Positions 1-14,127 are shown, counted from the stretch's first letter. The stretch is 64,000 bases of DNA from Piromyces finnis finn (GCA_002104945.1 MCFH01000008.1:310001-374000), one strand, 5' to 3'. The notes: a model not told the origin generated them from the sequence alone. Program-made: numbers and translations.

Positions 1-453
1 AAAAAGCATAATATACATTACTATTTATATAATTATAACATTAAATTAATTTTAATTAGAAATTTTAAATTAATTGACAATAGAATAATTTTATCATACA
101 TTATATCTAATTTATTTTAATATATTTATTAAAAACATAATAAATAATGAAATGAAAAAAAACTTTTTTTTTTTTTTTTGTATTCATTATATCCATAATA
201 ATAAAATATTTATTATTATGGGAAGAGATAATCTCGAAAAATGAAAATAATAAAAAATCACTATCTATTAAAAATGTAATTTAAAAATTATCAACCTAAC
301 CCATAATGAGAAAATAATAAACATTAAAATTAAATAATAATAAAAAAAAAAGAATGAAATAAACCAGAAATTGTGGTGTATGTAACAGAAATTTCGGCAA
401 ATTTTTAGGCAAAAAAAAAATAAAAAAAGTATAAAAAATACTTTTAGTCTTTA

Positions 454-460
454 CCAATCA
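454..460 (+). promoter_or_regulatory. CCAAT box (CCAATCA) upstream of RPB12
   Basis: CCAATCA about 200 bp upstream of the ATG in otherwise C/G-poor DNA. The same heptamer recurs upstream of HOM6, eIF1A and RPP2. Confidence 0.45.
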
Positions 461-661
461 TTTAAAAATATATTATATGTAATTGTAATAAATTCATATA
501 GAATTTATTATTAAGAAATGTACATTTTAATACATTAATTCATTTTTGTAATTGTTTTTTTTTTTTTTTTTACATAATATTATTAATTAAAAAAAAACTT
601 TTTTTTTTTTTTCCTTTATTCAAAACAATTTCTTTTTTGAGATCTAATCTTTTATAATAAA

Positions 662-1150
662 ATGTACGGTGCTCCACAAGCAGTTCAACGCCCACAACAA
701 ATTTCTTACATCTGTGGTGGTATGTATACTTATTATCTTAATCTTTTGTAATATTTTAAATTAAATAATTTAAAAAAAAAAAAAAGAAATATAAGAATTT
801 TTTTTCTTTAGAAATTTAAATGTATAAATGATTTTGAAATTAACAAATTATGATTTATATATATGTGTAAATATATAAAAGATTGTGGTGTCGAAAACGA
901 TATTCGTCCAAAGGAACCAATTAGATGCAAGGAATGTGGTTATAGAATCATGTACAAAAAGAGAACCAAGAGAAGTAAGTTTTATATAATATATATTATA
1001 TTTAATAATTGATTATTACATTAATAAAATTAAACAATTCTAAATTTTTTCTTTATATATTTAATATTGTTAAAATTTTTTTTAAAAAAAAAATAATGAT
1101 GTATTTAACATATATATATATAAAAAGTGGTTCAATTTGAAGCTCGTTAA
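662..1150 (+). CDS. RPB12: RNA polymerase I/II/III shared subunit RPABC4 (Rpb12/Rpc10), 3 exons
   Basis: Exons 662-719, 882-974, 1128-1150 with GT-AG introns give [57 protein letters not shown]. This has the CxxC..CxxC zinc ribbon and the typical YKKRTKR-QFEAR tail. Confidence 0.96.
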
Positions 1151-2116
1151 TTTATTTTTTTAAAGAATGCTATTAATCTATTAATATAAAACACAATCAT
1201 AAGGAGAATTTCTAAAAGAAAAAAAAAAAAAAAAGAAAATTTCTTATCAAAAATATATGTACATATTTAAAGAATATTCAAAAACAAATTATACTCTATA
1301 TTTATTAACTTTTATTTAATGTCGTAGAAATTAAATTTTCCTTAATTAATTTATCCAAATAATAATAAAAATGAAATAAAATAAAAAAATTATTTTACTT
1401 AGATTCAAAAATGTTTTAACATTCAACAATTAAAAATTATACAAATTTTTAACTATAGAAATATAAATAATTATTAATAAAATATTTTTTAAATAAAAAT
1501 AAAGCCTTATGTCTTCTTTTATTTTTTATTATTTTGTTTGTTTGTTTGTTGTCCGTGATGGACATTGATATAGTTTACATAATTTTTTAGTAAAAAAATC
1601 TTTAAAAATAAAATATACAGTGCTGGTTTAACGGCGGTGGTGGTAATAGATCAAAGACGTAAGCTTTAAAATGTTTGTTATTATTGTATATAGTAATAGT
1701 ATTAAATGTACAATTTTCAATAATGTATACATTGATGATACGTAATAAACATAATATGTAATGTTAATTATTAAAGATGCTTTTTAGTATAAAATATTTT
1801 TTCTTAAATTTAATTGGATAATTTTCAAAAAAAAAAAAATATAGTAAACTATATTAGAAATATATTAAATTCAATTTAATTATTATAAATCAATATATTC
1901 AATATATTATTATTTTGAATAATAATATTTAATTATTGTAATATTTTTTTTTTTTTTTCACGCACTTCTATTACCAACATATAAATAAATTTAATTGTTT
2001 TTGTTTTTTTTTGACTAAAACAACAATTATTTCTTTAAAAATTTATTTATATTAAAGAATATTGTTATTAAAATAGATTTTCTCTTTATTTTTTAATACA
2101 TAATTATAATAATAAA

Positions 2117-4537
2117 ATGGTAATTGATAAAACTAATTTATTATTTATATACCGAAATTAATATCATCAAGCAATAAAAATATGGTTTATGAAAATCAAT
2201 CTTAACAACATTTTAAAAAGGATGCAATATAAAGTATAAATATATATATAGAAAAAAAAAAAAAAAAAAAAGGGAGCAAGGAAAAAAGACTGAAGAATTC
2301 ATAATACTATATAAAGGTCATCATAATAAAGAAAAAGAAAGAGAAAATAAAATAAATCTTTTACAATTATCAACATGGAATACAAATCGAAATGATGAAA
2401 AATTATTAAATTTTATTGATGAAAATTTACCTTATCAATTGTGTATTTGGAGAAGCAAAAATATTGTATCAAACGATAATTCAAGTGATTTTAAAGAAAA
2501 TTTATTAGATTATTACTAATCACATTTTTTGACAAAATTTAATGTTACAACTTTACATAAATTATATTTATTCATCAAAAAAAAAAAAGTATCAATAGTA
2601 ACATTTTCAAAAAATGAATATTTGATTAATCATAAACAAATAATAAAAAAAAAGATAAAATATAACGAAAATAATGAAATAAATGATAATTAATTAATTA
2701 TAAATATTACATTTAATTATAAAAAATTAATTATAAAATTGTAAAAAAAAAAAAAATCATTAAACTTTCTATTAATATTTATTGAAATAATTATTTTATA
2801 CAGAGACCAATTCTTCTTAACGGACACACTCGTTCATTAACTAAGATCAAGTACAACCGTGAAGGTGATTTACTTTTCTCTGTTTCCAAGGATCACACTC
2901 CAACTGTTTGGTACTCTCACAATGGTGAACGTCTTGGTACTTATGAAGGTCACAACGGTACCTGCTGGGATATTGATGTTAATGGTAAAATAATATATAT
3001 AAATATAATAATATCTTTTGTTTTTTTGAATGCTAAGAATAATAATAATAATTGAATTATTTGATAAAAAAATTGATTAAATACTAATACATTTATAAAT
3101 CTATTATAAATAATAAATAATAATAAAACATTAAAATAAATAAATAAATAGGTTCCACTACTAGAGTTTTAACTGGTTCTGGTGATAACACTTGTAGATT
3201 ATGGGAAGCTCTTACTGGTAAGGAACTTCACGTTTTCGAAACCAGAAGTGCTGTTAGATCTGTTGCCTTTGCTTTCGGTGATGAAGAAGCTATTTTCGTT
3301 ACTGATGCTACTATGGGTAACAAGTCTACTATTCATTTCATTAAGATTGCTGAAAATCCACAAGAACGTAGGTGTTTTATAAAAATTATAAAAAAAAAAT
3401 TAATATATTATACAAAAATTTGAAAGAAAAATAAAAATAGTGATTCTATTGCGTAAAAAATATAATTCTAATAATTACTGTTATCCTAATTATATTATTA
3501 TGTTATTATAAAACTATTTTATTGACCCTTATTAAATACAGAACAAGGTCCATACAAGACTATTATTGTCAATGATGGTGAATCTAAGTTCAGTATTGCT
3601 AGATGGGGTTACCTCAACAAAACTATTGTTGCCGGTCATGACGATGGTACCATTTCTATCTATGATGCTGAAGTAAATATCTTTAATGAGATTAAAAAAA
3701 ATATAAAATGATAATTAAAAATATAAATTAATTAATGTAAATAATTATTGTTCAAATATAATAGACTGGTAAATTACTCAGAAAAGCTAAAGACCACACC
3801 TCTACCATTCAAGATCTTCAATTCTCTACCGATCTTTCATACTTCATTACTGCTTCTAAGGATACTAACTCCTTCATTTACGATTATGATACTTTAAAGA
3901 TTTTAAAGAGATACCCAACTGAAAGACCAGTTAACTCTGCTGCTATCTCTCCATTAAAGGAACACGTATGCATTTACTATAAATATTATTATAAATATAA
4001 TAAATTTAAAAAAAAGAGTAATTCTTAATAAACATCTAATAATAAATTAATAAATTTTATCATAAAGATTATTCTTGGTGGTGGTCAAGATGCTATGAGT
4101 GTCACTACTACTAGTGTTACTGCTGGTAAGTTTGAAGTTCGTTTCTTCCACAAGATCTTCCAAGAAGAAATTGGTCGTGTTAAGGTAAAAAAAGTTTTTT
4201 TTTTTTACAATAAAATTTATTTATGTATAGTTGTAATTATTAAGAAAAAAAAACTAAATAATAAATATTTATTAGGGTCACTTTGGTCCAATTAATACTT
4301 TAGCCTTCCATCCAAGTGGAAAGAGGTAAAGAGCAATTAATTTATATAATGTTTTATTTCTTGATTAAATATAGAATATAGATGGTGGTGGTAAGAAAAC
4401 ATTTACTTAATAACACCTTTATAAATTATATTTTTTTAAAAATAAATAGTTTCGCTAGTGGTGGTGAAGATGGTTATATTAGAATACATCACTTAGATCC
4501 AGATTATTTCACTTTCAAATACGACGAAGAAGAATAG
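2117..4537 (+). CDS. TIF34: Translation initiation factor eIF3 subunit i (WD40)
   Basis: The exon from 2804 reads [52 protein letters not shown]. Later exons give [12 protein letters not shown] and [32 protein letters not shown], with TAG at 4535-4537. The start is inferred as an ATG-only exon at 2117-2119 followed by GTAATT, and is less certain than the rest. Confidence 0.94.
2217..2693 (+). pseudogene. Decayed coding-like sequence (possible transposon remnant) in eIF3i intron 1
   Basis: Stop-free frame 2217-2519 with no ATG (..[60 protein letters not shown]), then a second frameshifted open frame to 2693. Confidence 0.3.
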
Positions 4538-4789
4538 ATATTTTTAAATTAAAAAAAAAATGTACAATTTCAATTTCTAGGGAAAATAATAATTTTAAAA
4601 AGAAAACCTTTTTATTTTTTTTTTTTAAAGTTTCACATAATAATATTAGAAAAGAAAAGAAAAAGAAAATAAAAAAAAAAAAAACTATTTTTTTTTTTTT
4701 ATTATTCTTTTGTATAACAATCTCCATATTATTTTTTGTTTTAATATTATTATTTATTTAATTCCAAAATATTAATATATAACACATTA

Positions 4790-4821
<32 letters not shown>

Positions 4822-5093
4822 CACAAAAAATCCAATTTTTTTTATATATATAATCTTTATAATAAAAAACTCTTTTTTTTCATAGTGCCCTTTATATTGA
4901 ATAATTATTATATATAAAGAAACTTAATAAAAATCATTAACATAAAAAAAAAAAACCTAGCTTGTATAGATGTATTATTAATTATATTATTTATTTGTAT
5001 AACATTTTAAAAGGGAATATGGTGTGTGTAAAGAGAAAAGAAATAAAAGTTTGGATTATTATTACTATTGTTTTATTTAATTATTTAGTTTTT

Positions 5094-5124
<31 letters not shown>

Positions 5125-5435
5125 TTTATTACTATATTGCTATTTCATATTTTTTTTCTTTTTTTTCTTTTTTACCAATTTTTATCTTTTTTATATAAAT
5201 ATATATATTAAAAAAAAAAAAAAAAGAAAATGATGACTTTTTAAAAAGTATAAGCTAATTGTAAAAAAATATAAAATGGATGAATAAAAAAAAAAAAGGA
5301 AACAATTAAATATATTAAATAAAAAATGAAGAAGAAAAAACAAAAACAAAAAAATATTGAAAGGGAAACAACTTAAATAAATCATAACAATAATAATTGA
5401 GAATTTTTTGTTTTATCTTGTTTTTTTTTAAAGTT

Positions 5436-8139
5436 TTAAACCATATCTTTCATTTCTATATTTTCATCATCAGAATCATCTGCCATTTCATGACCACCAA
5501 TCACTTGTAAATTCAAATCTTCAGGTACATCATAGATAGTATACCAATTAATATTCTATTACGGAAAAAGAAGAAAAAAAAAGAGTGAAAAAAATATATA
5601 CATATAATAATATTAGTATTGTTAAAAAACAAAAAACAAAAACAAAAAAAAAAAAGATTCATCATAAAATATAAATTTATAAAATGTGTCAAATTCCATT
5701 ATTAATGAAATTTACTATTCTTCAATTTATTATATCAATGATACTTATATATATACCTTATTATAACCGGATCTACACCAGAAATAGATTGTGTTTTTAA
5801 TAATACCAAAATCAAATGGATTGTAATACCTTCTTTTATAATATTGAAGATTAACATCTTCCTTTCTTGTTAAATAATCGTATTTGTAATAATTGGCAGC
5901 TTCATTGGTTGTATAACCTCTTGCAATTTGATAGGTTTGAATTAAAGCTAAAAATCCACACCAACAAATATTACAGAGTAACCATGCACAATTAGCATAA
6001 GAATATGGATCTTGAATTAAAATAGAACACATTCTATCATTAAGTAAACAGTATTTTGAACCTTCTACAATTGGTAATTTACTAAAGTCTTTAAAAATAG
6101 ATAAATAGATAGTATGTCATAAGAATCTAAATTTTTAAATTTTCAAAATCTTTCTTAAAATAGGCCTCAAAGTTTATACTTACAAATTAAACAAACATAG
6201 AATATTAAAATTCCTCCTATAACAGTTGTATATAAATAGGTAACAAAAGAACGGTGGTTCAAATAACCACTAAATATTTATATATTATAATAAAATAAAA
6301 ATAATGAATAAAAATGTTAAAATTTATAAAAAAAAGTCGTTTTTTTTTTTTTTTTATTATTATTCTATAAAATGTGGAAAAAAAAAACATACATGCAATT
6401 ATAAGTCCATGGACAATGGTGATCGAAAAATATAACACATTTATTACAGAATCTACAATGTTTTGAACGAATAGGTTTTCTTATCTATTTATAAAAAAAA
6501 AAAATTATAAATATATATATATATAAAAATAATAATAATAATAATAATTTTTTTTTTTTAGTATTTTAAACTTTTTTTATATTTAACAAATTTATAATGT
6601 ATTACATTGCATTCTACACAATAATGTCTTGCATCTAAAATATCTTGTTCAGCCAATTCTTGTATAACCTATAAAATATAAATAATAAAAATAATTAATT
6701 TTCTTTTTTTTTTTTTTTTCTTTCTTTTCCTCTGTTAATAATAATATAATACATAATTAATATAATTTGTGAGAGTTAAATAAATAATTACTTTATTTCT
6801 ACTTTCAACAGATAATAAAGGAATATTTCCTGGATCATGGAATAAACAAACAAAATAGGAATGTGCTGATATATAAATTAGGGAAATTACCATAATATGT
6901 AAAATCCATAATTCAGGGGTATCTTTTATAGAGATTATTTTAACAAATTAATATACATTAGGTATTCTATTAATAGAGTGTTTTTTTTTTTTTTTTTTCA
7001 TAGACATAAAGTATTAAATAATAAATTATGAAATATAAACATACTTTTTATAAATACAAATACATAATTTATAACAATGTAAAATAAAGTTGCTTGATAT
7101 ATACTAGCAACAATGGGATTTGTTTCCATTTTCTATTATTTATTTAAAAAAAAAAAAAAAATTAGAAATAAAATTATTCAATTTTATATTCAAATCAACC
7201 TTTTATTATACTTACATTACGACCCCCTTTTGCTAACACAGTCTTGATGAAAAAGCTTAATAAATAAAATAAAGTAAACATTAATGGAATACTGAAAAAC
7301 CAATCTAGTTTTCCAAATATTATTAAAAATACTGGATAGAGTACAAATGGTGTTAAAAATCCCAATATTTTGTTTTTTGTCTTACAAATATAATAATAAA
7401 TAAAAGTAAAAAGAAAATGTATATATAAAGATTAAGATTAATCTATGATTTATCATCATGCGTATATAGAGTTGATGGTAATAATAAATAAGTGAATTCA
7501 TTATTATTCTTATTATCCTTACATCTTTTGCTGATCCAGTTTTATATTCAATACTTAATTTATAGTCTTTTACAATTTTATTATATCTTTCTTTTAAACC
7601 CTCATTTTCAATCCAGTCAAAGGCTGTTTTACCATGTTCATCTTTTATATCATATCTTGCTCCTGCTTCTATAATTGCTTTTGCAACATCCATATGTCTT
7701 GACTAATTAATAAGTAGTAAATCAATAATTTCAATTATAATAATTTTATATAATTAAGTAGAATGAATTATGAAATGAATGTTTCTTTTTTTTTTTTTTT
7801 TTTTTCCTTTCTTTTTTTCCATATATAAAAATAAAATAAATAAATAAAAAACATACGGTAATTGCCCAATGAAGCGCAGTAAATTTTGTTTTATCGACTA
7901 AATTGATATCTGCACCCATTCTAATTAAAACTCTGGCACACTCAAGAGAATTTCCTAAATAGGCTGCCCACATTAAAGGTGTTCTTTCCATTGGGTCTAG
8001 AGAATCAACATCTACTCCAAGACTTATTATATATAGGGCTAGCATAGGATAACCTCCCTTTTATAATTAATTTATATTTTTTAATATTTCATTTAATCAT
8101 ATAAATAATATAAAAAAAAAAATAAAAATAAAATAAAAT

Positions 8140-8195
<56 letters not shown>

Positions 8196-9311
8196 TGATT
8201 TTTACATGAACAGATAAATGAAGAGCATTGTATCCTTGATTATCAATAATTGATGGATCAGCATGGTGCTTAACTAATAAAGTTACCATTTGTAAATGAC
8301 CACTCCTATATATATTTATAATACATAATATTAATTTATTTTAATTTACATTATCATTAATTTAACTAATATTGTAATCTTTAAAAAAAAATCTAATTTA
8401 CCTAGCTGCCCAGTGTAATGGAGTTGCCATTAAATCACCACCTTTTTCATCAACCCTTGCACCATGAACTTTGAAAATTAATATTACAATAATTAATTAT
8501 TTAATACTAATATAGATTATTTTTAAATTTATAAATATATGTACAAATAATAATATTTACTTAATAAAAACTTTGCAACTTCAAGATGATTATTAATTGC
8601 TGCCCAATGAAGTGCAGAACAATTTTGTTCATCTTTATCATTTGCATTAGCTTTATTTGATAAAATTAAATTTTTAACAGCTTCAAATAAACCTCTTTGA
8701 GCTGCTTGATGAAGCGTCCATTCTATAAATTTAAATAATAAACATCAATTTGTTATTAATTCATTTTTATTATAATTATTATCATAGTGGATAATATAAA
8801 AAAAAAAAAAAAAAGATATAACCAATATATTTAATTCAAGTTTCAAAATACCTGTTTCTAATTCAATTTTTTTTATATCTTCATCATCTTGATTTTCCCA
8901 AGGTGTTATTTTATCAATATCTTCTGGTTTTATTTTATCCTTTTCAGCAGTAATATAACCAATTGATTGGGTATTATTATCTGTAATTGATACGGAACTC
9001 TCTGCTTTGCTATTTAATAATAATGAATTATTATTATAAAGAGCAATAGGAGCAGATAAAGTTTGTGTTGTGAAATTATCATTTTGTATTTCTGTTGATT
9101 CATTGTTGTTAATTCTTATTACGGTTTCTTGTTCATCACTAATTAAAGGAACTTTATCATCATTGTCATTATATGTGATTTCATCATTTTCAATTTCATT
9201 TTCATTATCAGAATTAAGACTCACTTTATACAATAGAGTAGCATCATTAACTTTACTCATCTTTAATACTTCAATAGAATCATCTTTTTCATAGTCATAT
9301 GAGGAGAGCAT
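5436..9311 (-). CDS. AKR1: Ankyrin-repeat DHHC palmitoyltransferase (Akr1/ZDHHC17-like), about 12 exons
   Basis: N-terminal ankyrin repeats ([25 protein letters not shown]) and transmembrane segments. The exon near 6393-6473 reads [34 protein letters not shown] motif present. Ends ..EMKDMV* at 5436. Confidence 0.95.
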
Positions 9312-11212
9312 AATGTTTTATTTTATTGTTTAATGTTTTGGTTTTGTTGTTGTTGTTGTTGTTGTTGTTTTTATTATTCGTTTTATGGTTTACAGTATTA
9401 TTATTTGTGGTTTTGTAATTTTTATTTTTATGTATTTTTTGTTTTTTTGTTTTTTATTTTTTGTTTTTGTATGTTATTTTTGGTTGGTTTTGTTTATTGT
9501 AATAATTAAAAAATATTATAATTTTGAATATAATATATACAAAAAAGAATTAAATATAAAGAATTGTTGTTTATAAGGAAGGGAAAAAAAAAACTTTTTT
9601 TTTTAATTAATATAATTTTAATTGTTTCTTTATCTATAATATTGGAATTGGTAATAAAAATGAAATATATATTAACTTATTGCTTTAATTACTTATTTAT
9701 GCCTAGAACTGAACTTTAAGTTATACTTTTCTTATAAAAGTTTATTATGGATAAAAGATATTAAAAGAATTATGCGTATGATTTTATGCTTGAGAATTAT
9801 AATTTTAAAAATTATATTGCTTCAAAAAAATAAAATGTAATATATATATATAAAAGAAAGAAAGAATTTATATTTATAGGTTGAATTTATTAATAAAAAT
9901 TTAAATCAAATTCCTATAAACGTGAATTGAATATATTAGATTCAATCTTCTTATAAATCTATTATTATAAGTGTTTTTTATAACAAGTTGTTTTTTATCT
10001 ATAAAAATATACTTTATATATTTTTCAATAGAAAATTTTAAATGTACAGAATATATTATATAATATAGCAATCAAATCAATTTTTCAAAAATATGCGTTT
10101 GTAGTAAAGCTTTTTAAAAAAAAAATGACAATAATAATATTCTAAATAAGCTTTTTTTTAAAATAAAAAAAAAGTAAAAAGAAAAATACTAATAAGTACT
10201 AATAGGGATATATATTTAAAACTGATATACTATTTAATGTGTCTGTGTCTGAAAAAGAATATAAAATATATGAATATATGATATAAAATTAATAATTATA
10301 CATAAAAACTAATAATCATAATGTAAAACTAAAAAAAAAAAAAAAATGCATTTATTTTATATAAGCATATATAATTTATAATTATTAATTTTATATCATT
10401 AAATACATTTGTTATTGTTGTTGTTACTGTTGCTGCTGCTGCTGCTGCTCTATTAATTTAATATTATATATTTAATTCATTTAAATTTTTTTATTTTTTC
10501 TTTTTTTTTTAACTAGAAATTCCTGCAATTATTTGACCAATTTCTTTTTTTCTTCTTCTTCTTCTTCTTTCTTTCTTTCTTATAAAACGAATGTTTTTTT
10601 TTTTTTTTTTTTTTTTATTTTATTTTATTTTATTTTAATAAACAACAATCTTGAAATTCAAAATAAAAAATTTTTTCTGTTTTTAAAAAAAAAAAAAAAA
10701 ATTAATTTATGTATAATTTTATTATATAAACTTTTAAATAATAAATTTTCTGTAAAAAAAAAAAAAGATGTTACAGGAAAAATCTTATAAAGTTACTATT
10801 TTAAATATTAAAAAAAAAAAAAAAAAGGTAAAGAAAACTAAAATAAAAAATTAGATATATAAGAATAGGAATTCCTTTTAAAAAAAAATAGTATATACTC
10901 TATTTTTTATTTGAACATGTATTTATGTATTTATTAAAAAAAGTACATTAAATAATCTTTATAGTATTACTTTAACATTTATACATAATAATTTTTTTAT
11001 CTATTTCTATAATAGATTATAGTGTCTTTTTTAATTCTTTGTATTTAATAGTTTTTCATTTTATTCACAGCATAAAAAGTAATATTTAAATCAAATGCAC
11101 TCAATTCATTTGTATTAAATGTTGAATCCATTTAATATTATTTAAAGCATTCATTTTATTTATATTTAAAAAAAAAAAAAATCACAATACAAATGAAGAG
11201 ATGGATGTTACA

Positions 11213-11257
<45 letters not shown>

Positions 11258-12031
11258 CATTAAACTTTTTTGGATTATTAAAATTTATGTAAACTTAATA
11301 TTTAACAACAATTACATGTTTTTATATTTATTATAAAATATTTTAATCGAAAATGTAATGACAAATAAGAAAAATAAAGATATTTAAATAATAAAAAAAA
11401 AAAAAAAAAAAGATTTTAAGTAATAAAACACAACATTAAATTAATAGGGTTATTAATTGTTTAGTTGAAATTATCCAATAAACATTAACTTTGTTAAAGT
11501 TGCAACACAATAAAAAAATATATCAATTGTTTAATATTTACATTTATATAATAATTAACATTTATCTTAAATAGTAATGTTAAAACGATAGATAAATAAA
11601 TAAGAAAAGGAAAAAAAGAAATTGAACTTTACTAAAATATATATATAATGAAAGGTTGTTTTCATTAATAATTAAAACAAAACTAAAAAAAAAAAATTAA
11701 ATAAAATAAAATTGAAGTTGTTTTTGCTTTTTACTACCAATAATAATTTAGTAATATAGATTTTTATTATTTTAATTATTTAAAAAATAAATGATAATAA
11801 AATAAAATAAAATAAAAAGAGAATATTATTTATAGAGATTAGAAATTACATTGATTATAAATTCATATGTTAAGAATAAATCTCTTCTTTTTTATAATAT
11901 ATTTAAAAAAGAGATAATCAGAATAGTTTTAAACTATTTAATACTAAAATAACTTATATATTAACCATATTATAATTTCATTAATTCCTTTATAAAAATT
12001 TATATAAATTATATATGTAATAATATATTTA

Positions 12032-13559
12032 ATGAAAGTAGCATTTATGAACTCGATTATGGGAACAGCTCAAGGAAAGCTCATTGAAGCTCAAAAAATA
12101 AGAGAGGAACGTGAAAAGGAGCTTATGATCCAAAGAGAAAAAATGTCTGAAAATGTAAGAAAATTAGTTAGGGAAAGAACAGATTTAATGAATATTAATC
12201 ATAATAAATATAATAAAGATATAATAAGTATAAGTTTAAATAACATTAATAATAATAATATTAGAAATCATAATTATCACAATTTCAATCATAATCCTAA
12301 TAGTGTCGATACTTTAATAAATACCCCAATTCACAATTCTTCCACAATTAATATTTCTAATGATGAAAGTATAAATTCTATAAATCATCTCTACAAGAAA
12401 AACCTAAATGATAACAAAAAATTTTTACATAGTATGAGTTATAATTCAAATGAAAAATCGAATTCCTCAGTAAACGATATACTCAACATTTGGACATTCC
12501 CAACGAAGAAAAATGATGACAATGATAATAGTAGTTTTAATACCGATAACAATATAATAAATGGTGGATCACTAATTAATAGTTATAATGAAATAAATAA
12601 AAACAGTAGTGAAGCTACACTATTTGACGATAATAAATTGTCAAATACTCAAAAAAAGAAAAAAACATTCTATCCAATTAATAATAAAAATGTTAAATTA
12701 CAGAGTTTAAAAAAAGAAATGTCAGGAAATAATAATAATACTAAAATTAAAAATATAATGGTAAATGATGATGATATTTTAAAAAAAGAAAATAATTCAG
12801 AATCATCCCTTCCATACAAAAAACGCTTATATATAAAGCCGTATATATGTGAAAAACAATATCGTAGAGGATTAGATCGGTATAATAATTCTAATTCATC
12901 TTCTCTAAATAAAATGAGAAATAGAAATAGAAATTCGGAAATAGATACTTCTTTATTTAACGGAAACCCATGTATACCAGAATCATTAAAATTAAGACTT
13001 GAACATGAAAGATCTAAAAATAGCGCAGATAAAATATTCTTTAATAATCCAAATGATATATTTAAAAAAAATTCGGCTTTAATCGATGCAATCGAAGCAG
13101 AAAAAAAACTTAATTTAAATATTGAAAAAAATATGAATAAATCAAATGATTTGTTATTTAATGTTGAAGATGACGATAATACAATAGGTATGTAGTAAAT
13201 AATATTAAAAAATAGTATAAAAATTTTAAAATAACAATAATAATAATAATAATAATAATGGATGAAAAATAACTTTTAAAATATCTTAATAAAATGATAT
13301 ATATTGATAATTTATATAATATTCAGTGGAGCATGATATAATCCCAGATGTAAAACAACATATAAATGTAAATATTTATATATTTTTATTGTTTTTTGTT
13401 TTTGATTTTGATTTTTTATAATTTTATATAAATTCAACTATTCTAATTATATATATAATTGTTGTTATTAAATTCTCATTAATTTCATAGCAAAATGAAA
13501 AGTACAGAAGAACATTTGATAAAGAAAAATTTAAAAAAGCAAATAATAAATATTTTTAA
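12032..13559 (+). CDS. Hypothetical Asn-rich protein with N-terminal coiled-coil-like segment, 3 exons
   Basis: 387-codon ORF. The GTATGT donor at 13188 and exons 13327-13367 and 13491-13559 splice in frame to ..NTIVEHDIIPDVKQHINQNEKYRRTFDKEKFKKANNKYF*. No family recognised. Confidence 0.75.
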
Positions 13560-13640
13560 TTAACAATATTAACCTAGTTTTATATATGAATTGTTACAAA
13601 AAGATTTGTTTAAATGAATTACTCAATAAAAACCTACTAC

Positions 13641-13692
13641 ATTATAATAAGCATCCTTTTATTAATATTATAATAAGCATCCTTTTATTAAT
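13641..13692. repeat. Perfect 26-bp tandem duplication
   Basis: ATTATAATAAGCATCCTTTTATTAAT at 13641-13666 and again at 13667-13692. Confidence 0.9.
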
Positions 13693-13883
13693 GTAATAAT
13701 AGAAAATTAAATTTATAGTTATATCTTTTTTTTTTTAAATATTTTATTTATTCTAATATAACTATAATAAAAAAAAAACTATTTTATAAGCATCTTAGTT
13801 TAAATAAAATAAAATTAATAATAATAAAATTTATTTAAATACTTCATGTGTTTATCATTATTTTTTGTTACTCTTATTAATAT

Positions 13884-13918
<35 letters not shown>

Positions 13919-13920
13919 TT

Positions 13921-13952
<32 letters not shown>

Positions 13953-14041
13953 TTTTATTTTATTTTATTTTATTTTATTTTATTTATTTTTTATTTACAT
14001 TTCCAATTTAATAAAAGGAATTAAAAAGAAAGTACTAAAAC

Positions 14042-14045
14042 AAAA
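14042..14045 (-). terminator. Pol III oligo-T terminator of the tRNA
   Basis: TTTT immediately follows the discriminator base on the minus strand. Confidence 0.55.
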
Positions 14046-14127
14046 CGTCAGCTGCAGGATTTGAACCTGCGCAGGCAGAGCCTATTTGATTTCGAGTCAA
14101 ACTCCTTAACCACTCGGACAAACTGAC
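14046..14127 (-). tRNA. tRNA-Ser(CGA), intronless, long variable arm
   Basis: The reverse complement GTCAGTTTGTCCGAGTGGTTAAGGAGTTTGACTCGAAATCAAATAGGCTCTGCCTGCGCAGGTTCAAATCCTGCAGCTGACG folds as a cloverleaf. It has a TGG D-loop, anticodon CGA, a long variable arm, a GGTTCAAATCC T-loop and discriminator G. Confidence 0.97.
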
